A stretch of DNA of 64,000 bases from Eledone cirrhosa (Eukaryota), in the NCBI GenBank assembly GCA_964016885.1, contig OZ024753.1, positions 11,408,001 to 11,472,000 on the forward strand, in the 5' to 3' direction. Numbering within the stretch: the first letter of the stretch is position 1; the number at the start of each line of letters is the position of its first letter. The position numbers and the translations under genes were made by a program. The notes below the pieces were generated by a model, which was not told the DNA's origin, made no database searches, and was given only the letters and a program-made list of their open reading frames with translations. This document shows, in pieces, positions 54,024-64,000 of the stretch.

Positions 54024-54060
<37 letters not shown>
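53205..54060. repeat. Minisatellite: CACATATATTTAAATGTATTTA core plus variable (TA)n
   Basis: About 20 units. Confidence 0.9.
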
Positions 54061-54064
<4 letters not shown>

Positions 54065-54830
54065 TGTTTTATATATCAGCACACGAAAAAGTCGTGATAA
54101 CTTCGTAGTAGTATATTACTTTGAAACTATTCAACAATCATGATATTTACAGTATCACGTTAATAAAATATAGAAAATAAAAGCAACATCTACCATATTT
54201 ATACAATTAAGCTTAATGCCTTCTTTTGTAATGAAAATATATAGAAAAAAAATGTCTCGTTTTATTTTATTTAAGCATATCATCAAAATATATACATTGC
54301 GAGGTGTGGGTTGGATAGGTTTAGCACGATTTGTGTTTTAATATTGTGTAATACTGACAATACATTCTAAGACTCATCCCAACTGTGTTTGTATTTGCGT
54401 GTGAATATGTACATATGTATATATATATGTGTGTGGGTGGTGTGTGTGTGTGTGTGTGTGTGTGCGTGCGCGCGCGCACATGTCCTTCTCACATATAGAA
54501 CCTCCTAAATTGATTTAGCCCTTTTATCAGAAATATCATTACGCATTTTACAATTTCACATATAATTCTTTTTTATAGACTAAAATTTAATCACTAGCTG
54601 CTTACCCTAAAATAAACAATTACTTCTCTCTCTCTCCCCCCCCTCTCTCTCTATATATCTATCTATCTATCTAACTATCTATTTAGCTGTCTATCTATCA
54701 TTTGCCAATTCATTTCTGTTTATCTCTATCTATCGATTTCTAACTCTTAATCATAACCAATTTTCATAAATGCTATCAGAATTCGCCTTCATAAACATGT
54801 AAACGCAGACACACACACACACGCAAAATA

Positions 54831-54887
<57 letters not shown>

Positions 54888-55101
54888 ACGCGTGCACACA
54901 TAGACACAGAAATACAGAAACACACATACATTATATATATATATATATATATATATAAACCTCAACTGTAGTAGTGAATATAATCTATTTTCCAATATAC
55001 ACACCAAATCCTCTCTCTTTATCTTTTATTTCAATATTTCATTAATAAAGGGCTTGGTTTTAATGTACCATTGCAATAGCAACAGCAGCAACACCAGCGC
55101 C

Positions 55102-55163
<62 letters not shown>

Positions 55164-56964
55164 AACATCGTTTGAAACAATAATTTCAACAATAGAATAA
55201 CAATAGATGGGAATACAATGAGAAATGGTGGAAAACATTTTAGTGAAAGTGTGTTAACATCGGTGAAACTTAAAACTAAACAGTAACAACGTCAAACATA
55301 TCAGCTTGGAGATCAACAATAAAACTAGAAACACTACTATAATGACATCAATAACAACAAAGACAACAACAACAACAACAACAACAATCATACAGCAGCA
55401 GCAACAACCTATTTTACATGTTTGATTTAATTTGAAAAACATGTTATAAAATATTCGTTGAAAGAAGATAGTATTTGTGAGAGTATAACTGTGTACATAT
55501 ATGCAATATATTCCTCTATATTTCTGTATATGTCTAGGTGCATTTTATGTGCACCTATACGTGATTGCATCTTAGTGATCGTGTTGCTATATCTGGTTAT
55601 GCATTAAAGCATTTTCTTTGCCTGTGTATGCACACAAAATTTAATTAAGTTAAAACCACTCATTATCAAAATTGAATTGAATTTCTCTTTAGGAAAATTT
55701 TTTTCAAAATCTTTTTCGCTATTTTCGTTGCTTCTATATTTGAATATTTGTTTCAAATTTTTAGATTTTAAGGGAAAACTTGTCAAAACATTAATAAATG
55801 GAAGTGTAATTCATAGGTATATTATGATTGTTTAGATTGCGAAAAGAAGAAAGGGTAAACAGATTTTACTGGTTATTATCTGACAGTGATCTAGAATGTT
55901 ATTAATGAAAACTACATAAACACACACATACACACACACACACACGTGCACAGACACACGCTTACACACACTCATGTACACACACACACACACACTCTTC
56001 TGCACACACACACATACACTCATGTATACACATACACAAATATACACACACACACGCGCACATATATATAGTTCAAGGATGTACAAGACAAAGACAGATG
56101 CAAAATACAAAGAATATATATATATACACACACACACACATACATATGTGTATATATATATACACACATACATATATATATATGCATATACACATGCATG
56201 CAAACATACATACATATATACAAACATACATACAGAGGCATAATTACATATATTAGGATATTGGTTTATAAGATATAGATGTGCCTATGCGATATACTTA
56301 ATCTACTTTCTTTTATAAAGAAGCTAGCTTCAGTTTACCAGAAGCTACACACCTGAGAGGATACGTTGCTTCCTTTACAAGAAGATATGATAGCGGTTAT
56401 CTCCCTTTTAATCTTTCCACTTAACACACAACTCAATACCGTTTCTGACAAACTCTAGCGGCAACATGAAATATCACACAACAGAAGCCAAAAGAGGAAT
56501 AAGTTATAAGTGACTTTAAAGAATAATTATCTTTCTATGATAAAATTATGATTGATTCAACAAAGAAGTTTCCTGAAGAAAGACAGGCATGTTCAAGATT
56601 TAACACCTGTTAACAGCTCTAGTTTCGGCTTGGAATTAGAAATATGAAAGAAAATGTGCAAAAACGACAGCGCCAAATTAATGTTTAGTGTCAATTGAAA
56701 TAAGTGTACATAGACACATACATTCGCAGAGAAACACACACACACGTACATACACGCACGCATACAAACCCACACTAATATAAATCATACATAAATATAT
56801 GTGTGTGTATATATATATATACCTTTTGCCCATACGGGTTTGTGAGTATTGATTTATTATTTTTTAGATCGTACAGGCAAACTATATGTATTTGAATTAA
56901 GATATTTCATTCTAACTATTTTATTAGTCAATTGCAACTACAACATGTAAATGTTTATCATATA

Positions 56965-57019
<55 letters not shown>

Positions 57020-57177
57020 TTTAGGAGGGACATGCTGCCGATAAAAACACACGCACCTGTTGGTTTTCAATTCAATGTATTATAAGTTTCTGATTGCTTG
57101 GTTTGATAACCAGAAGGTTGTTTATATATTGTCAAAGGTCTTTTAGATAAGAAATCTCGCAAAACAAATTCAAAAAC

Positions 57178-57243
<66 letters not shown>

Positions 57244-57594
57244 TTTCGTTTTGGAATTTATTGGCAGCCTGACCCTCCCAAAGTATAAGATTATATATAT
57301 ATATATTCATATATAATCTGTTTTGTATATAGAAGAGTATACCTGAATACATCAACCACAAACACGTATGTAACTCAGGAAGATACTCTATAATATTTCG
57401 TTAGTATTAGGCACACTTATAAACGACGACCGTTCATCAAAATGGACGCTAGATTTTAGATTAAATTGAAGACAAAAATGCTATTGTTATTTAATTTGAA
57501 ATAACTACAATTTTAAATAACTACAATTACATCTACACTGAAGATAGAAGGCATCTAGAGTCTAAACTCTGTCTTAAGATAGCCAGAATACTCA

Positions 57595-57842
57595 TTTGGC
57601 CGGTGCTTATCCCGGTTTCATGGCGTGAAGCGACTGAGAATACAAGACCTCCTCCTGGACAGGACGCCAGTCCATCGCAGAGATAAATCCCCAGCTATTG
57701 CTGGTGCACATTTTCAGCTGAGTATACTGGAGCAACGTGAAATGAAGTGTTTTTCTCAAGAACACAACACGCAACCCAGGAATCGAGCCCACGATATTAT
57801 GATCGTAAATCCAACACCCTTACCACTAGGCCACGCGTCTTC
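57595..57842 (-). mobile_element. tRNA-derived SINE, family H (CORE-like and V-like domains)
   Basis: A box TGGCCTAGTGG, B-box-like GGCTCGATTCC, GTTGTGTTCTTGAGAAAAACACTT, then CTGCGATGGACTGGCGTCCTGTCCAGG. Confidence 0.8.
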
Positions 57843-58099
57843 ACTATAATAGAAGGCATACAACCCATCATAATACATTGATGCATGCATCACAAGGTCA
57901 AACCCATTTGTCTAACCTGATGCAAACAATGGTGTATAGACTGTTACGACATGACTAAACGTCTATTATTAGTTTCTATTAGTTTCTATTAGTTTCTATA
58001 CAACAAAATACAAAGTATCAATACAACTGCAATAATCCGTACAAACCTCATTATGACCTACGTAATCTATCTTATGACAAATAATCATACATAATCAAG

Positions 58100-58405
58100 T
58101 GAAGGTCGGGTTTACAATCGTGAAGTTGTGAGTTCGATTCTAGGAGCGGGTTTTGCGTTGTGTTCTTGAGCAAGACACTTTATTTCACGTTGCCACAGTC
58201 CACTCAGCTGTAGAAATGAGTTGCGACGTCACTGGTGCCATGCTGTTTCGGCCATTACCTTTCCCTTGGACATTCGGTGGCATGGAGGGGAGGGGGGAGA
58301 CTTGTATGCATGGGCGACTGCTGGCCTTCCACAAACAAGCTTGCCTGGACTTGTGCCTCGGAGGAGAAATTTTTAGGGGTAAATCCCATGAACATTCTTG
58401 ACTGA
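58100..58405 (+). mobile_element. SINE sharing the family H head and core, different 3' half
   Basis: GAGTTCGATTC, GTTGTGTTCTTGAGCAAGACACTTTATTTCACGTTG..ACTCAGCTG. Confidence 0.75.
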
Positions 58406-59456
58406 AGGGTGTTTTACCTAATCTATCACATTTCAATGCGCTCCTTCTGAACACCAGAGACACAAGAACATCAGCAAAATATTACTTTTACTTATAATCT
58501 GTTGACTTTTCATATTGCTGAACCAACAGAAAATGCCTCACTAAAAGTTAGACACCCAACCTAAATATAGACAAATTAACAGAAACAAACCAACAAAATT
58601 AGAAATAAACTACATGAGAACATTGATATTCCAAGAGCCCCAGAAACATTAATTAAACATTTGATTAGGGACCAATAACAAACATCTAATTTACCCTCCA
58701 CTTCGGGTTCCATATCAAAAGCAAACATTCATCCTAGTATTTATTAACACATTTCAATAATTAAACATATTCTGATATTTAATTATAGTTGTTCATTATG
58801 TTATTCCACTAATCCAATAAAATCTTCTACTGGTCATGCAATGGGTGGGGCGTGGCTAAACTTCACACAAACCATTTCAACAATTTTCTATTGAGCTATG
58901 GTTTCAGTTTAAACTTGACCCTAGGATTATTCTGAAATAATATCTACAATATTCTCTCTACAATAAATAATTAATAAAACCTTATGTAATGCTCACACAC
59001 ACGCATACACACACACACACAAACACATACATACATACATGGTGGCTGCCAACTCGTTTTCGAGTACGGCCACTACTTTACATCCATGTAGGAGAACCCC
59101 TACCGATGCGCTGAACGAGTGTGACTTTTTAGTCCAGCCAGCGACTTGAAAACTCTGGTACAAACACTACACTTGTGACAATTATTGACACAGTGCTGGG
59201 CCCATGGTACCATGTGACGACAAGGGCAGAGAGATCTCCGTCTTCTAGAATTCTGCCTTTACAAAGGCATCTCTCCCGGTCATTTTGGATGGCCATTGAC
59301 TCTTAAGAGCTTCTTTGCCCTTTGACAGGTTTTGTTTTTAGTCCTGCAAGATGTCCAAAGTCACCCTCCTCACCAAAAAACCTTGCCAGTTTAGTCGCCA
59401 ACGACCCGACCATACATACATACATACATACATACATACATACCTACATACATACA

Positions 59457-59492
<36 letters not shown>

Positions 59493-59686
59493 TATATGTG
59501 AGTGTGTGTGTGTGTATGTGTGAATACATATATGGAACAGTTAAATAAAATAAATTAAATAACAGCATTTTTGTCTTCAAATTAATCTAAATCTACCGTC
59601 CAGTTTGAATTGTTGCAGACTTCAAAGAACGTAATGCGTTACACACACACACACATATATATACATATATACATATATATATTGTT

Positions 59687-59857
59687 AGAACACTGGAAGG
59701 AAATATCCGTAGTGGTAGAGCACTCAGTCCATGAGACGAGTTAGGTAGAAGTGGTTACACAACAGTTAGTTCCGTATAACCATGTCCATTACGAGCTGAG
59801 GATCCGCTAAGGTGAAACAATTGTTCTCGGTATGGTGAACTAACTGTTGTGTAACCC

Positions 59858-59860
<3 letters not shown>
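59687..59860. mobile_element. Fold-back family B, second copy
   Basis: Homologous to 3592-3788 with a different inversion junction. Confidence 0.85.
59792..59829 (+). ncRNA. Minimal type I hammerhead ribozyme
   Basis: CGAG-CTGAGGA-TCC-GCTAA-GGT-GAA-ACAATTGT-T-CTCG. Confidence 0.78.
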
Positions 59861-59889
<29 letters not shown>

Positions 59890-59892
<3 letters not shown>

Positions 59893-60125
59893 AACGAGTA
59901 GGACCTCGACGGCTGAGCTCAAGCCATTTCGACGGCTAGTTCTGGACTAAAAAAAAAAAATTATTAAAAAAAAAAGTTTTTTTTTAGTCCAGAACTAGCC
60001 GTCGAAACGGCTTGAGCTCAGCCGTCGGGGTCCTACTCGTTCCTATTACCCACTCTACTACCCTAAGTATTGAGTACTTTGGTGCGTTATGGTCCACCTG
60101 GTTCCTTACCACACTTCCTTCGTTA
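59890..60125. mobile_element. Fold-back family E with A/T-rich spacer
   Basis: Arms 59890-59948 and 59987-60045, tail to 60125. Confidence 0.85.
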
Positions 60126-60870
60126 TATATATATATTATATACACATATACATATATATATATCTATCACCTTGTTTTATAAAATAAAAATATTGTTTTG
60201 GATTGAACGTCTCACCACATCACTGACACAGTTCCCCTGTGAAATTTATGCTCAGATAATATAATATCATATCCACATCTGAAATATGTGAATTTAGAGA
60301 ACAAATTAAAATGAAAGAAATCACAGAAAGTAATGTGAAAACGCCTGAGGAAATATTTTGCATCCTACATTTTAAGAAATGTCTAACCAGTGCTCAAAAC
60401 GCAAGTAGGATTCGCAATTTACCAGAATTATCAGCTGTTACACGAAAGTGGCATACACACACACACACAGACACACACACAATCTTCTTTCTACAATGAA
60501 TGATTATTAAAATCTTACATAATACACACACATATATATATATTTATATATATATATATATAAATATTCAGTTTGTTTACAAACGAACAAAGCGGCGTTA
60601 TAATAAGCGTCCGCTAAACTGATACGTGCATATATGTATGTGTACCTGTATGTATATATATATATGTATATATATATGCATGCTACTGTACGTCTGTATA
60701 CATATATGTATGTACGTATACATACATACTTACATTTAAGTAAGTGCCGTACTAAGAGTGAAAAATGAAATTTCGTTTTCATTTTATTTCAACTTAATAT
60801 TCATACCTATATATATATATGAATTTTCATATATATATATACATTCATATATACACACACATATATACAC

Positions 60871-60911
<41 letters not shown>

Positions 60912-61110
60912 TATTCATGTATATATACATTCATATATAGATATATAAATTCATGTATATACACACATATACATACATATATAAATTCATGTATATATAC
61001 ATATATGCATATGCATATAAATTCATGTATATGCATACATAGAAATTCATGTACACACATACATACACATATATATATATATATACACACACATTCAAAT
61101 ATATTCACAG

Positions 61111-61143
<33 letters not shown>

Positions 61144-61168
61144 CACACACATTCAAATATATTCACAG

Positions 61169-61218
<50 letters not shown>

Positions 61219-61275
61219 CAACTATAGATACATTTGCAAATATATGCAGTAAAAGAGCTTTTATATATATAAACA

Positions 61276-61316
<41 letters not shown>

Positions 61317-61329
61317 ACATTATATATAT

Positions 61330-61409
<80 letters not shown>

Positions 61410-61551
61410 TTTCACCAACTATAGATATATCTGCAAATGAAAGCAGCAAAAGAGGCTTTATATGTTTAATGTATATAATTTGGAAAATACAAGTTATCGG
61501 AAGATATATTTAATAGTTTGAAAGCTTTTCTCTCCCTCTCTCTCTCACACA

Positions 61552-61608
<57 letters not shown>

Positions 61609-61923
61609 AATGAATAATAACAGGTAGACATCATAAGTTCTGCAAATAGTTGTAAATTTGCACATAGCATAACTAGGCTGTATTACCACCGTGGAAACAT
61701 TTGTAAGCACACAGAATAAATTACCTTTTTATGATGTCTAGCTGTTATTATTCATTCTTTATCTACACTCCGGAATACAGAAGGATCACGAACTAAGTTT
61801 CTTCAACAATTCTTCCATAACTCGTTGAGTAACCTCTTACCGTACGTCAACCATATCCAGTGTAGTAATTAACCATTACTACATCTAGGATAATCCTATA
61901 CCTAATATATATATATATATATA

Positions 61924-61984
61924 CAGGATGCCCCCAAAATGGATATGTGTATTTATTGGTGTGCATGCATGTTTATCGTACACC

Positions 61985-61987
<3 letters not shown>
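61924..61987. mobile_element. Possible Tc1-type mini-MITE
   Basis: TA-CAGGATG...CACCCTG-TA inside (TA)n. Confidence 0.4.
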
Positions 61988-62018
<31 letters not shown>

Positions 62019-62053
62019 CTTCTGTGAGTAGGATAATTTATTCTATATGTGTA

Positions 62054-62088
<35 letters not shown>

Positions 62089-62089
62089 C

Positions 62090-62200
62090 AGTAGAACTGG
62101 TTTCTACAGGACTAGAACTACAGGACTAGAACTGTTTCATTAGAAGGGTAGCACCCTGATGATTACATTCGAACGAAACAGTTCTAGAAGAAGCCATTTC
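62090..62200. mobile_element. Decayed fold-back family D copy with hammerhead core
   Basis: CTGATGA at 62156-62162 then GAAACAGTTCTAG at 62175-62187; inverted CTAGAACTGTTTC at 62126-62138. Confidence 0.65.
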
Positions 62201-62208
62201 TCTCTCTC

Positions 62209-62260
<52 letters not shown>

Positions 62261-62352
62261 TATGTAGAAGGTGAGTAATATTGTAGAACAATAAAACTAT
62301 GCATATATCAAATAAGTAGCACTCAACAGTTGGTAGAACTGGAGTATATATA

Positions 62353-62543
62353 ATAATTGTTTCTACTTTAGGCACAAGGCCAGCAATTACCCAGTGCATT
62401 ACTGGCACTTTAATTTTATCGACCCCATCAGGATGAAAGGCAAAGTCAACCTCGGCGTCATTTGAACTCAGATCGTAAAGGCACGTAACTATACTGGAAA
62501 GCATGGCGTCCGACCCTCTACTGATACTGCCAATCCACCGCCC
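62353..62543 (-). mobile_element. SINE family A, full length
   Basis: Minus strand starts GGGCGGTGGATTGGCAGTATC; B box, central domain and tail present. Confidence 0.9.
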
Positions 62544-62553
62544 TATATATGGA

Positions 62554-62595
<42 letters not shown>

Positions 62596-62596
<1 letters not shown>

Positions 62597-62733
62597 AGTC
62601 CAGAATTAGCCGTCGAAACGGCTTGAGCTCAGCCGTCGGGGTCTTGCTTGTTCCTATTACCCACTCTACTACCCTAAGTATTGAATACTTTGGTGCGTTA
62701 TGGTCCGCCTGGTTCCTTACCACATTTCCTTCG

Positions 62734-62735
<2 letters not shown>
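62596..62735 (+). mobile_element. Family E single long arm in (TA)n
   Basis: GGAGTCCAGAATTAGCCGTCGAAACGGCTTGAGCTCAGCCGTC...CCTTCGTT. Confidence 0.85.
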
Positions 62736-62789
<54 letters not shown>

Positions 62790-62948
62790 GTCCAGTAAAA
62801 ATGTGTTTATCCGTGTGAGCTGGGATGCTACGTTGGTGAAAATAGGTGTAAGCAGGAGAAATCTCCCCCACATTCGTAGTGTGTAGTTACAATGGAGATT
62901 AGTATAGGAGTAACATTATGAAGTATGATACCTTTACATAAAGGCTTC

Positions 62949-63154
62949 ATTCATTATAATTATTTCTATCGCAACCGGCATGCAATTCAAGATGTAATAG
63001 TTGCATCTGTTGCTGGTATAGTCACACAAGAAGACCATGTTTTTGCATGCATCATATTACATAAACATCAATTCATCAGAACCAAAAATATCCAAATCAG
63101 CAACAAATGCATCTTGAATTGCGTAAATGTCGCGATAGAATAATTATAATGAAT
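62949..63154. repeat. Imperfect inverted repeat enclosing a minus-strand CTGATGA core
   Basis: ATTCATTATAATTATTTCTATCGC..GCAATTCAAGATG mirrors CATCTTGAATTGC..GCGATAGAATAATTATAATGAAT; TCATCAG at 63073-63079. Confidence 0.65.
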
Positions 63155-63191
63155 AACATCTTTGTTTAATTACAGATTCTTTCTTAATGTG

Positions 63192-63415
<224 letters not shown>

Positions 63416-63507
63416 ACCAGTTGGTGGTCGCGTGGTAAGTTACTAGTGTAACTATGCATAGTAGGCGAGTCTACGTATCGATGGTAAGGCTTCCGCCTTT
63501 GCTGGAG

Positions 63508-63542
<35 letters not shown>

Positions 63543-63546
<4 letters not shown>

Positions 63547-63672
63547 TTGCGAGGTTTTTGATATGAAATCGTGTGTCGAAACAAATGTATATTTTGAAGG
63601 AAACACAGTGTTTTAAGAAGCGAATTTGTTCTGTTGTTATTGTAAGCCAATCAAACAGTGAGTGTGTTCTGG
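63543..63672 (+). mobile_element. pLTR fragment related to the 36-38 kb Penelope element
   Basis: GAGGTTTTTGATATGAAATCGTGTGTCGAAACAAAT matches 38095-38135 (reverse complement); CAAACAGTGAGTGTGTTCTG matches 38023-38042. Confidence 0.7.
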
Positions 63673-64000
63673 TAAAAGTTCGGTAAAAGTTCGGTAAAAT
63701 TTCGGTGAAAAGGTAGTCCCATAAGAAATTAGCAATTCATTGAGGGCGCTTGTTTCACATAGTGGTGTGGGCGCAGCCATACATAGGCTGAACACTCTTT
63801 AGGTGAAACGAACTTCCTCGAATATGGTTTGCTGAATTGTTGTGGACTAACTATATATACATATATATAGAAGGATTTTAATGGATACAGTTTAGTTAAA
63901 AGGAATTTATTGACACGTGTTTCTATAACAGTTACATAACCTGAAAACAGCTGCTATCTACAAAGTATTAGTTATGCAGACATTCAATATTTCAATGTTT

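Noticed and set aside
56570-56615. CTGAAGA followed by ACAGG/CCTGT stem
   Set aside because: No GAAA after the stem.

Overview
AT-rich eukaryotic, repeat-saturated DNA with no supportable host gene. It is probably intronic or intergenic DNA of an octopus or other cephalopod (inferred from the SINE types and the extreme (TA)n/(CA)n/(TAA)n load). Most ORF-track entries are microsatellite artefacts. Real coding remnants are all retroelements: a cluster of Dong/R4-type RLE LINEs in (TAA)n (10.1-13.7 kb), RTE LINEs, a CR1-group LINE, CRE-type 3' ends and two Penelope-like (GIY-YIG) elements. There are also about 25-30 copies or fragments of one tRNA-derived SINE, a second SINE type, a non-autonomous Helitron and mariner/Tc1 MITEs. 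The main hidden signal is about 15 type I hammerhead-ribozyme motifs from many different sequence families. Most lie in tiny (90-350 bp) fold-back elements embedded in (TA)n. These share an architecture: a long arm, a variable inversion point, and a short arm that ends at a family-fixed position. Several also share an ACUC-loop-GAGU hairpin in the long-arm tail. All coordinates were read by eye and may be off by a few bases; RNA folds were done by hand.
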